Positions 29,573 to 42,100 of a stretch of DNA of 64,000 nucleotides are shown one piece after another (the first letter of the stretch is position 1; every line of letters starts with the position of its first letter). The notes beneath the pieces were generated by a model, which had not been told where the DNA came from, searched no databases, and saw only the letters and a program-made list of their open reading frames with translations. Origin of the DNA: Eledone cirrhosa (Eukaryota); assembly GCA_964016885.1 (NCBI GenBank), contig OZ024741.1, forward strand, positions 146,134,001 through 146,198,000, given 5' to 3'. The translations under genes and the position numbers were made by a program.

Positions 29573-30264
29573 CCCTCTCTTTGGAAACGTCCAGCTGTGT
29601 TCAGACCCGGAAACAGGTCATTTACAGATGTTTAAGCAGTAGGGGTCAACCTTAGAATGCAGTTGAGGTGCCAGATGGAATATGTATACAGCAACAACAA
29701 TAACAGTCAAGACTGCATTGTCGACACCTCAGTTAAATAGGAGTGAATAGTAATGCTTGGCATTAGTAACTACAGTAGTAGTGGCAGTTGTGATAATATA
29801 ATATAACCAGTCTAGCCAGTATGTATTATAATGCACATTAAGTGAGAATCAATGTTGACATATAGAAATAAGATAAGATAAAATAAAATGAAATTAAGGT
29901 TGAAGATAAATGACCATTAAATAAATAAAGAGTAGATCACAAGCGAAAAGTAAGAGTAAATGGTACAGAAGCAGAAAAAAAAGATAAAAAAGCATAAAAA
30001 ATGGGAAGATGTGTTTAAAGTACCAAGATCAGACTTTGCCTACACCTAATATAATTGATGGTTGTATAGAGATATAAACTATGCTAAAACCATATAAAAT
30101 TTGTACAGGTGGGGAGGAGAAGAATATTTCTTATATTATTAGCTAGAGAAAATGAATGGAAAAAATTTAGTGCTCAGGGTTAATACACATGAAGATATTT
30201 GCCAGCCAATGATTCTGGCATGATCCTGGGGTGTGGGCTTGTTTCTTAGGGGGAGGGGAAGTGT

Positions 30265-31003
30265 TTAAGACATAGTCTGCAAGTTAAACCCACAAACTAA
30301 CTGCAAAACTAGAAATGCAGTATATAGCATAAGATGTACTGAGGGACAGTGTAGGAATAAGAACACAATACACATAGGTGAAACAGCTCGTAGCATAGGA
30401 GAAAGAATAAGTGAACATTGGCAAGAACTCCAAGATGGGAAAAACTCATCAGTACTCCACCAAAATGCCAAAATAGAACATAGGGGCACATTAGAGAACA
30501 TAGAGATAACAATTATATCCACACATGGAAAGGATGCAATGCTTAGACAAGTTACAGAGGTGACAAACATAAACAAGCTCCAACCAAAATTAAACAGAAA
30601 ACATGAGTGGAATAGCAACAACATCACAACTAGGAATTAAGGACAAAATGAAGACATACAGAGACACACTAAAACCAGACACACACAGATACAACAAACA
30701 ACCAGCTAGTGACAGGTAAATAAACACATAAATAAATAAATAAATAAACACACACACACACCTGGATGTAATGCATGTACAAACTAATCACACAACACAC
30801 AAAAACAAGATGGTGTAGGATAGAAATAAGGAGAGACAACAAAAACCCAATCACTGTATGACAAAAGAGCTTTGACAATATATAAACAACCATCCAGTTA
30901 TTGAACCAACCAATCAACCGGAAATTTATAACAAATTGAAGTGAGAACCAAGAGGTGCATGTGTTTTTATTGGCAACATGACCCTCCCAAAGTATAACAA
31001 TAT
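30265..31003 (+). mobile_element. PLE 3' fragment (GIY-YIG endonuclease plus 3' UTR)
   Basis: + frame reads CKTRNAVYSIRCTEGQCRNKNTIHIGETARSIGERISEHW; terminus accctcccaaagtataacaat matches the 35320 and 33622 termini. Confidence 0.85.
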
Positions 31004-31204
31004 CTGTTTCAACACACATTTTCAAAACAAATTCAAAAACGAAATATAAATATATATATATAAACATCGCTATTTCAGAGCACCTATCCTAATACCTAAT
31101 TTTTGCTGGACCGGCAATCGCTCTGTATAATCAGCTCCTGATTATTACTGGAATTCTATAAGAATCCAGCTTCTATAATTTTCGGCAGAAGCAGAGGAGT
31201 GCGT

Positions 31205-31246
31205 GGCTCTGATGAATACCAACCAGCATGAAACAGACTGTCAGCT
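31205..31246 (+). ncRNA. Minimal type I hammerhead ribozyme
   Basis: ggct-CTGATGA-at...at-GAAA-cagactg-TC-agct; GUC triplet; stem II weak; enclosed by ttttcggc/gccgaaaa helix. Confidence 0.7.
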
Positions 31247-31398
31247 TCTCTCACTTCTTTCGCCGAAAAGAAGTAAGTGACATAGTTACTACTTTAAAAC
31301 TGATAGCGTATGGTCTTCTAAATGTTTTTAATTAAACATACGGTATATTGCCAAATATACTCTCTCTCTCTCTCCCTCTCTCTCTCTCCCTCTCTCTC

Positions 31399-31432
<34 letters not shown>

Positions 31433-31619
31433 ATACATGCATACATACATACATACATACATACATACATACATACATACATACATACATGCATACATGC
31501 ATGCATGCTAATTGCTACTTCTTATCAGAAGAGTGTCATCTCTTCATTGAATATTTATTGCATGATCATGTGCATGCAAGTGACTTTTCAGACCTGATTT
31601 TGCTTTGCAAGCATGTTCA

Positions 31620-32840
31620 CAGATGTGACACTTGAACTGTCTGTCTCCTGGCAATACCGGCTAAGACGTGTCTGCATGCATTCTACCACGTCTGGTCAGT
31701 CCACCAGTTGACTTGAAAATTAAGCCACACTCAATGCAAATGTACAATGGAGTGCAATGTGGAAGAACCATCTCATAAGTGGCTCGAATTCTCCCTGGCT
31801 CAAATGATTTCAAATAGTTGACAAATTCAGCTCTTGACAGATGGAATACATTGCATACATTGCTCCTCAATTTCTGCTGTGTTTTTGCACTTGGATCCTG
31901 CTTATGGAATGAATGCTTCAAAACAGCAAGCTCGACTTGGTTTTCTCAAAGACATCACAACCATACTTGATAATCATTCTCCATATCAATCTTCAGCACT
32001 TTAAGATAGTCATTTAGGATATCTCTAAACTGCTTCTTTGGTTGACTAAAAGAGATTAGACATACAATACAGAGAGAGACAGATGAAGAACCACCATGGA
32101 TGTACATGATAAAATGACAAGTCAGTCAATCCTATTGATGGCCTCCCCACAGCCCCGGCAGAGAGAATGATGAGGCCTTTTTCATCTTATCAGCTCCCCA
32201 CAAAATAATTGTTTAGGCATCCTTCCATTTTTAAACCTGACCACTTGACTAGCCCAACACACCTGGTTTATAATAATCTTCCTCTCAATATTATTGGTGC
32301 TGTCTACTTTTTCAAGTACAGATGAAAAGAGGAACACTTGATGTTCAGGATGGATCGGATACAATACTGATGAAACCTTTCCAGCTGCATGCAAGTTGTC
32401 CACATTTCACATCGAAGTAGCAGGACTATAAAAACATAGACTTTATACACAGAGAGCATTGTGTTTCTCGTGATACTCCAATATGACCAAACTCACTTCT
32501 CAAGCTTCCTGAAGTAAAAACTCACTTTCACAATTCTTTCTGTCATCTATTTCAGCATCTACTAAGTGTACTTTTGAGACACAAAGCTGTCCACCACCTC
32601 AAATCTTTTTCCTTTCATGAAAATGTTTGGCTCTCTATACACTTCATCTTTGTCTTTTTTATACTAATATTTAGACACAGTGCATGCATTGGAGAAAATG
32701 TCCAATATCAACTGCATCTCCTCTATAGTGTGTGCCACAAAATCTGCATCATCAGCATACAGGAAATCCCTGACAAGAATGCCAAATGTTTTGGACATGC
32801 TGTTAAAACGTCACAGATTAAAATCTTTGCTAGAGATTCT
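31620..32840 (-). mobile_element. RTE (BovB-like) LINE 3' fragment
   Basis: FLYADDA, WASQVVR...RMPKQLF.GEL and C-terminal CIECGLIFKSTGGLTRR...H finger. Confidence 0.75.
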
Positions 32841-33621
32841 AACTACATACGTACATAATACATACATACATACATACATACATACATACATACATACATA
32901 CATACATACATACATACATACATACATACATACATACATACATGTGTGCATACACACACACTCACACAATTTACATTATTACATAACTTTACATAAAACA
33001 GCCTTGCAACAGTTGAATGCTGTGAATATTTTGAAAATACTGGAACATTTAAATAAATATAGCTGTTGGTTTTATTAACATTATCAATAGAAATGTATTC
33101 TTTTGATTTCTATTCTTATTAGAAGAATGGTTTTTGAGATTATATTGCAGCTGGTACAAGAAAACTACTTTACTTTCTACCGAAAATTTAAATTATTATA
33201 TGAGAAGGTCAGTTAGGTATATAAACCATGTCTGACAAGATTCAATTTTCTGTCCCAAAACTAATTTCTGTTGAAAATGAAATTTATTTCTACTTTTCCA
33301 ATCATATTTATATATAATATTCTATTTTTCTGTTTGACATGAAATGTAATCAGCCTAATAAAAGAAATTGTCGTCTTTATATGTTTTCATGTGAATTATA
33401 GGATGTTGTCGATTTAATAACAACCAATATAACATATTTTTAATAATAAAATTCCATTTATAACCATATGTGTAATTTTATAAAACTTTTAACTCTTTCA
33501 TTAATTCTATACACATGAATTGATTATTTATATTCTCTTTATTTCTGAATGACAGCTTTGTTGTATAATTGATGACTGATCAATTTTCTGATATTTTATG
33601 TATATATATATATATATATAT

Positions 33622-33921
33622 ATTGTTATACTTGGGGAGGGTTATATTTGTGTAATATTGCCAGAATTAATAACAGAACACACTCACTGTTTGGTTGGTT
33701 TTCGCTTCTCGCTTCTGTGTCTTTTATATCGGTAATCTAACTTACTCGGTCCTCAATGTTGCCATTGACTGACCGACGGTCAAAAATAATACAGATACAA
33801 TATAGACATAAACACATATATATAGTTTATCATAAATCTTTTCTTGCACATCTACAACATCGTCAGTGGTGTTATCGTTTCCTCCTGTTGTATTATATGT
33901 CTACGCCATTTTTATTCAGTC

Positions 33922-33927
<6 letters not shown>
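33622..33927 (-). mobile_element. Solo PLE 3' end between (TA)n tracts
   Basis: Close match to 35320-35695 but without the SINE insert. Confidence 0.85.
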
Positions 33928-33977
<50 letters not shown>

Positions 33978-33982
<5 letters not shown>

Positions 33983-34606
33983 AACGTAAAATAAGAAAAT
34001 TATAGTAATTAGCTTACTTACTTAAATTTCACTCCAACTAATTAGTTTCTGAAAGGGAATATACATAGTCTCCAAATGGAAACCATGGAGAAACCTTTTC
34101 GTCATCAGGGAGTCATTCTCAGCTAAGATACCTGGCGATGCGCGGACACAGGGAACTTATACAAAAATATTCAGTGGATGGAAAAGAGCAAGCGGGGACT
34201 AAATTCCAAGACACTGAAAAAATCACTGCCTTCTTGTTCGGTGGCAAATTCAAAAGAATCAATCACGTGACATCGAGGTTAATCAATGAGGAGTGGGGTG
34301 TTAAAAAGACAGTAGCCAAGCTGTTCTGAATATTTTTGTATAAGTTCCCTGTGTCCGCGCATCGCCAGGTATCTTAGCTGAGAATGACTCCCTGATGACG
34401 AAAAGGTTTCTCCATGGTTTCCATTTGGAGACTATGTATTTTCCCTTTCAGAAACTAATTAGTTGGAGTGAAATTTAAGTAAGTAAGCTAATTACTATAA
34501 TTTTCTTATTTTACGTTTTTCATATAATTGTTCTGCACCCCTTGCATTGAACCACAAAGTCACCAACACAAAACCTTTATATTTGCTTGCATAGGTATAC
34601 ATCTGT
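33978..34606 (+). mobile_element. Non-coding fold-back element with hammerhead
   Basis: Inverted arms 33978-34174 and 34326-34522, nearly identical; 151-nt spacer; about 80-nt tail; (TA)n at both ends. Confidence 0.85.
34387..34469 (+). ncRNA. Type I hammerhead ribozyme with long stem II (mirror 34031-34113 on minus)
   Basis: actcc-CTGATGA-52 nt hairpin-GAAA-ctaattag (palindrome)-TT-ggagt; GUU triplet. Confidence 0.75.
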
Positions 34607-34633
34607 ATATATATGTTGGTAGATATACTAATT

Positions 34634-34717
<84 letters not shown>

Positions 34718-34919
34718 ACACAATGTGTTTTTAGAACTATTGAGCAAGCTTCGTATTTTGTACACGTGCCTTTGACTATAAAATTTTATCTAATAGGTTG
34801 GGTGTATAAGCCCTGGGAGACAGTTTTTCCATCTCAAGGGGCTTATATGCCCAAATTATTGGACTATTTTTCATTGTGAAGAGCATGTTTTGAGTCTGTT
34901 AAATCTAAGTTAATTTATT

Positions 34920-34955
<36 letters not shown>

Positions 34956-35128
34956 ATCTAGATACAATAAAAAGCCAGTTTGAACATTGTGACAGAATGT
35001 GAGAAAGTTACCCTGGAAAGTTAAGAAAAACTTACCAAAACTAATATCAGTAACGACATACTGAGTAACTTTGAACAATTAAAGAATAACAACCACCATT
35101 GAAATTATTATTCTTGTTCTTGTTCTTC

Positions 35129-35223
<95 letters not shown>

Positions 35224-35244
35224 CATATATATATATATATATAT

Positions 35245-35299
<55 letters not shown>

Positions 35300-35319
35300 A
35301 AATATATATATATATATAT

Positions 35320-37010
35320 TGTTATTGTTATACTTGGGGAGGGTCATATTGTTGTAATAATTGTTTCTACTTTAGGCACAAGGCCAGCAATTACCCAGTG
35401 CATTACTGGTACTTTATTTTATCGACCCCGTAAGGATGGCCAGAATTAATAACAGAACACACTCACTATTTGGTTGGTTTTCGCTTCTGTATTTTTTATA
35501 TCAGTCAATTTATTCGGTCCTCAATGTTTACCATTGTCTGACCAACGGTCAAAAATACAGATATAATATAGACACAAACACATATATATAGTCTAACAAA
35601 GTTCTTTCGTTGCACATCTGCAACATCGTCAGTGGTGCTATTATGTTTCCTCCTGTTGTATTGTATGTCTACGCCATCTTTATTTAATCTGTTTATTTAT
35701 TTATTTATATTTCTCTTAGGTCAGTATTGTTTGTTTGGGTGTTGTTGTTATTCCATTCATTTTTTCTGTTTAGCTTTGGCCTTCTAAGTTCTATTTCCCT
35801 TGCCTCTCTGATTTGCCAATCTGCTGGGTCATTTCTATGTTTAGATATTATTCTAATTTCTATGTTGTCTATGTTACAGTCATGTTGTTGTCTAGCATGT
35901 TCGTATAGTACTGACCCGTTTTTTCGTCCTTTTAGTTCCCCCCAGTGTTGGTCTATCCTTTCACCTATGCTACGAGCTGTCTCGCCTATGTATGTTGTTG
36001 TCATGTTTCTGCAAGTACCCTCTGTACATCTTATGCTATAGACTTACGTTTCTAGTTTTACAGTTTATCCAGGGGTTTACTTTACATATAATACATTTCC
36101 TATTAGTACAGTGGGTTTTCTTAAAAGGGTATGTTTTGCTGATAAGGTATTTTATGGTGGTTCCTGGCTCTTCTACAACCTTAATCTTTAAGTGGGTCTT
36201 TCTCAGGGCCTTTCTACACTGGTTAGCTAATTTCCCTCCAGGGGTGGCGTCCACAAACATGGCACTCTGGTATCTCTGGTTGTCATACCATGAGGTGGCT
36301 TTCCCTATCTTACGTTTAGTCCTATCTAAGCTATTCCATGATTTTCTCCTGTATAATGGGCAAATTCCTTTCATGTCCAGTTCTATGAGGGTCTTATGGC
36401 TCCTTCGTATACTCTGACTCTGTCTCTTTGGTTGTAGCCAGAGAACTGCATGCGGTTGATGAAGTGTTGAATGTGTCTTTCTATTTCTGTTGGGTCGCAC
36501 ATGCGGGACACGTTCTTCATCACTCGTACCAAGTCTGTGATCAGAATATTAAACTTAGTAATACTGGACATTGCTCAGTTTTTGAGTATCAGGTATTTGG
36601 AGGCCATGGGTTTAGCGTAGTGTGAGTGGAGAATTTGGGCCTTCTCGTCTATAGTGTTAATCCAGAGTTCCGTGTCTAATACAGGTAGTCTATTGTTAGG
36701 GTGTTTGGAAGGGTAGTCGATAGTTACAGTTATACTCTGGTGTATGGAATTAGCTATCTGCTGGATGCTTTCCATTGTTCTACGTTCTAAATCAAACTTG
36801 TTAGTGTTCTCTTGTGGGGATGTCTTTATTACTATATTAATGTCGTCTACATAACGAGAGTACATGATGAGGTCTATGGAGCTCTCATGAAGGAGATCTT
36901 TGAGTCTCCTTTCCCACCATACCATAAAAAGGTTGGCAACGTCACCAGCTATGCTGACGCCAATGGCTGCTCCCTCATTTTGGGTGTAGATCTCGTTGAA
37001 TTTGACAATG
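35320..37010 (-). mobile_element. 5'-truncated Penelope-like retroelement (RT, Cys linker, C-terminal GIY-YIG), disrupted ORF
   Basis: QNEGAAIG, YSRYVDD, LPVLD, HYAKPM, CxxxxCxxC linker, VYSIRC...C...YIGETARS...H...H; both ends abut (TA)n. Confidence 0.9.
35361..35437 (-). mobile_element. 5'-truncated SINE family 1 inserted in PLE 3' UTR
   Basis: Absent from the paralogous 33622-33927 copy. Confidence 0.85.
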
Positions 37011-37351
37011 AAAAATAGTCCAATAATTTGGGCATATATATGATGTATATACATATATATATATATACATATAAAAAACATGAGAAGAAAGAGGAATACT
37101 GCGTGGTTGCACATGGGTTACATATTATAAAATTAGTCCCTCGTCAGTGATTTGCCAACCATCATTGGTATTTCATCGCATTAAAAATCATATAGCTCAG
37201 GTTGGTGCGAGCAATAACTAAAAAAAGCTATTGGGACAAGTGAGTCGCGTAAAGCGAGTGAGACAAGTAAACAACATAGAAGGATAAAAGCAAACCGAAG
37301 ATAGGAAAAAAAATTATACCATGCCTTCGGGTGTTTATTTTGATATATATG

Positions 37352-37423
<72 letters not shown>

Positions 37424-38067
37424 CATATATATCAAAATATATATATATATATATATAGTAGAATAATCGAGTATCGAAAAATCGGCGCACGAGTTCACGA
37501 TAAACAAAATTCGATATGAGCGGCAGAGGGCTCAATAATTTAGATAAATCAGAGCTATAACTATCGTTAAAATACCGTCACACATAGAACAAGTCTATAA
37601 TCAACCGTACGACCGAAAAGTTGCGATCTGGAAGATTCGGGACACTCAGATAAAAAATCAATAAATCAATAAATCAAATGAATGTAAAAAGCATACCCGG
37701 ACCCGCTAGAAAGATGTTAAATCTAGCTTCTTGGGTTTCTGTAAATCCTTAAACTGTCCTCTATCAGCTCACATAAAAATATATAAGACTTCTAGATGCC
37801 AGCGGACGGGAAATTTACTTCCTCAACGAGCTTTGTCCAAACGAATGAAAAGGCATAACCCAGGCTAAATACGCACATGGAATTCGGCAAGGGAGATAAC
37901 CTCTATATCCGCGAAAAATATTCGGGAAAATGTGGAAATACACATATCGAATAAGAGTGCTCAATAGACACGTTAAAATAAACAGGAGCTATTCATCATT
38001 TAATAGAATCGACAAAAAATGAACAATAAAATTAACTGGTCAATAGCTAGGTCTACACGAGTGGAAG

Positions 38068-38191
38068 TATAAAGAAAAAGAGATGAAATCGAAAATGCAA
38101 CTGAAGTCTTATTTTTTTTAAAAATATAAATATATATATCTTTTAAAAAAATAAGACTTCAGTTGCATTTTCGATTTCATCTCTTTTTCTT

Positions 38192-38196
<5 letters not shown>
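38068..38196. repeat. Short palindrome (about 55-bp arms)
   Basis: tataaagaaaaagagatgaaatcgaaaatgcaactgaagtcttatttttt and its reverse complement around an AT spacer; arm is homologous to 56565-56630. Confidence 0.9.
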
Positions 38197-38223
<27 letters not shown>

Positions 38224-38272
38224 TACATATATATTAAAATAAAGACCCGAAGGCATGGTATAATTTTCCAAT

Positions 38273-38358
38273 CATTTTAATCACGACATATGTTTCAATA
38301 AGAGATAGATCATCGTGTGGCCATGATCGATTATCACCGATCTCGTCAGGTGAAAATG
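38273..38358 (-). ncRNA. Type I hammerhead ribozyme
   Basis: cattttcac-CTGACGA-long stem II region-GAAA-catatg (palindrome)-TC-gtgattaaaatg; GUC triplet; base of stem II imperfect. Confidence 0.7.
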
Positions 38359-39579
38359 AATTGTCTTCAAATCCTTGATATGAGGGAGAAAATTTAACGA
38401 TGTTCACTCACTAGAGTCTTGTCCCCCATGTGAAGATGAAGCAGCTAAAACCCGCCGACTGCTATCGTCCTCAGTTAGGGTCATAAAAATATCAAGTCTC
38501 TATCTCTCAATAGCTGTAATAGACGCTGGACGGGTCTAATCTCAACATCAAATCTTTAGAATTACAGTCGGTCACGGTTAGTGTGAGTGAGTACACACAC
38601 ACTCACACACACCGACGCGAGGTCAAAGAAAAAAAATATATATACCAACATAATACTCACCGAAAGTTAGTTTACAAAACAACAAATGTTATATTGGTCA
38701 AATCTCAATTTGACGATGTAGATTGGAGAAATTGGGTCAACCGCAACCCTATACACACGCAAATAAATTCAGTTCAATGTTCTGCTATAGGTGTACCGAT
38801 TGAATTGTAACATCCGTATCTTCTAAATAGTGTATGTTTTCGTATATACACATCCGTATCGTCTAAAAAGTGTATGTTTTGGTATATACACATCTATGTG
38901 AAGAGTAAGTAGTCAGCTCATATCGAACTCTGTATGTGCCGTTGTCCCATTGAGAATCTGAGTCCCCAAATCTGTGCGTGCAAGCAACCGCCATGTAGGC
39001 CACCAAGGGGCTTTGTGTAGGGTTGGGTATTTGAATTAAGGTGTCAGTATGTGCGTTTTCCCGTCATATGGGCCTTGGGCTTTTAACATAGGTGTTTGAG
39101 TGGTGGAGGTGTGTTACCCAACACAGAAATAAAATAAAATAAATAAAATAAAAAAGAATAGCAAAACCCCGTGGATGTGTGTAAGCCCATTAATGGTGTG
39201 TAAGTAATATTGTCCAATCAGTAACCGTGAGCACTCCATGGTTAGATGATCACGGATCAAAACCTAGTGTAGTGTTCAATTGATAGGATCGTGACCAGTC
39301 ATAACTGTGGGAACTCCGTGTCTTAAGTAACCGGGTACTGTGTGTAGAGTCATGTAAAAAGAGCGTAATCGGTCTTAACTGAGTGTGTAATACGTCTAAC
39401 TATTTACTAACCGAGAGAACTCAATGGGTAGGGTATTCTAAAGTAATGGTGAATGCGCGCAATCGGTCTTAACTGAGAGTGTAGTCATTCTAACTATTTA
39501 CTAACTAGGTATACTAAAGTAGTGGTAAATGTGCACTCAGCACATGTGTATATATATATATATATATATACATATATAC

Positions 39580-39613
<34 letters not shown>

Positions 39614-39883
39614 GAAATATATGGAGAATAGAAATGGCTGTGTAGTTGATATTTTAAGGTAACTTAAAATGCAGTGGGAATACGAAGAAAGCAAGAACGA
39701 GGGGGGTCCTCATCAGTTGTCTACTGGGGTCTCGGATATTTCTACGCTTTAAAGACAAGATATCTACAGCCCAGAGCTGAATAAGTTATTGGGGAAATGG
39801 AGGATGGAGGGAAGGAAAGCAAAAAGGAAGAAAAGAGAAAACAGTAAAAAAACAAACAAACCGAGCAATGTGCGAGCAACTTT

Positions 39884-39980
<97 letters not shown>

Positions 39981-40004
39981 ATATATATGTACATATATAT
40001 ATAT

Positions 40005-41357
40005 ATTATAAAAATTATAAAAAATAAACAAAGAAGCCTTCAATACATCAAAAGTCTTTATTAGCTGACAGTGTTTCGTCCCATTAATAAGGACTCGTCA
40101 GAGCAAGTAAAGAGACAAGAAGTATTAATGGCCAGAACAAGCCAAAACTCAGAAGAATAGGGAATTGATATTTATGAAAATTTAGGAAAGTTAGCTTGGA
40201 AAGACATGCTAAAGCTAAAAGGGTGCATTTGTAAATATAGACTATAGGGCAAGAGAGCAAGTAAGACATTAAAACAAACGCACGTTGAAAGTATAATATA
40301 TGTCTAATACATGAAACACAATATAGTAATACAATGTGAGAATTATAATACAATATACAATGCAATAGATAATAAGAAATAAAAAACCTAATATATATAT
40401 ATATATATGTATCCACTCATCGCGTAAATATGTCTTAAGCTTTTTCCCCTGATATTGTGTGTCTGCTATGGAAATATTAATATTAATATATTATATTATG
40501 TTATATGTAATTGAATTAGAAGTATGTTGTTCGATATTGAAGTACTGATATGTAATATTATATGGATTTGAACTGCATATACCTCTGTATATTTATTGAA
40601 ATATTTAATATTATTATATTATATTATATTGTATGTAATTGAATTATAAGTATGTGTCCGGTATTCAAGTATTGATATGTAATATTGTATGGATTTGAAC
40701 TCCTTATACCTCTGTATATTTGTTGTCTATATTATATATATTTATATATATATTTTTTCACCATACTATAATTTTATTATATGGTATTATAATATTTTTT
40801 TCTTACCTTGTGAAAATACTAATGCACATTTTGTTGACTTTAAATGATACGTATGATGAATTTTTATATATTTTTTTATGTCAATATGTTATTCCATTGA
40901 TTCTGGTATGGCATTTTCACACCGCCAGGGTGATTATTCTATTATAATGTTTATATTTATATATATATCTGTGTTAGTATGTGTTTGTGTTAGTGTGTAT
41001 ATATGTATGTCTTGCCCTATAGTCTATATTTACAAATGCACCCTTTTAGCTTTAGCATGTCTTTCCAAGCTAACTTTCCTAAATTTTCATAAATATCAAT
41101 TCCCTATTATCTGAGTTTTGGCTTGTTCTGGCCATTAATACTTCTTGTCTCTTTACTTGCTCTGACGAGTCCTTATTAATGGGACGAAACACTGTCAGCT
41201 AATAAAGACTTTTGATGTATTGAAGGCTTCTTTGTTTATTTTTATAATTTTTATAATTTTTCGGCTCTGTTGGATAACATTGAGCTATATCCTATACTGT
41301 CATTTCTCTGATACGACGAGTGTGTTTAACTCCAATGCACTCTAGTATTTTAATCTT
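40005..41357 (+). mobile_element. Inner fold-back element with hammerhead, nested in the outer IR
   Basis: Arms 40005-40254 and 41010-41257; AT-rich spacer with an about 125-bp tandem duplication; 100-nt tail ending in (TA)n. Confidence 0.85.
41151..41207 (+). ncRNA. Canonical minimal type I hammerhead ribozyme (mirror 40056-40112 on minus)
   Basis: gct-CTGACGA-gtcct-tattaat-gggac-GAAA-cactg-TC-agc; stem I extended by cttta/taaag; predicted cut after 41196. Confidence 0.9.
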
Positions 41358-41671
41358 ATATATATATAAAAGTTGCTCGCACATTGCTCGGCTTGTTTGT
41401 TTTTTTACTGTTTTCTCTTTTCTTCCTTTTTGCTTTCCTTCCCTCCATCTTCCGTTTTCCCAATAACTTATTCAGTTATTGACGCTCTGGGCTGTAGATA
41501 TCTTGTCTTTAAAGCGTAGAAATATCCGAGACCCCAGTAGACAACTGATGAGGACCCCCCCTCCCCCCTCGTTCTTGCTTTCTTCGTATTCCCACTGCAT
41601 TTTAAGTTACCTTAAAATATCAACTACACAGCCATTTCTATTCTCCATTTCTAATCTCCATATATTTCATC

Positions 41672-41730
<59 letters not shown>

Positions 41731-42026
41731 GTATATATGTATATATATATATATATATACACATGTGCTGAGTGCACATTTACCACTACTTTAGAATACC
41801 TAGTTAGTAAATAGTTAGAATGACTACACTCTCAGTTAAGACCGATTGCGCGCATTCACCATTACTTTAGAATACCCTAACCATTGAGTTCTCTCGGTTA
41901 GTAAATAGTTAGAGGTATTACACACTCAGTTAAGACCGATTACGCTCTTTTTACATGACTCTACGCACAGTACCCGGTTACTTTAGACACGGAGTTCCCA
42001 CAGTTATGACTGGTCACAATCCTATC

Positions 42027-42072
<46 letters not shown>

Positions 42073-42100
42073 CCGAGATATATATATATCTTGCTATATA

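Larger units (their letters stand above)
39278..42030. repeat. Large inverted repeat, outer arms about 39278-39895 and 41358-42030
   Basis: Arms align in reverse complement at high identity, including the internal (TA)n and an internal tandem aatcggtcttaactgag unit. Confidence 0.92.

Noticed and set aside
35320-37010. Naiad-type selenoprotein PLE
   Set aside because: The endonuclease is C-terminal, Cys positions are ordinary TGY codons, and no SECIS was recognised.
37095-37160. CTGACGA on the minus strand followed by ggg...ccc
   Set aside because: No GAAA or stem I partner found.
41495-41580. atc-ttgtct...agacaa-CTGATGA-ggac in the outer IR arm, resembling a type III hammerhead
   Set aside because: No GAAA at the required position on either side.
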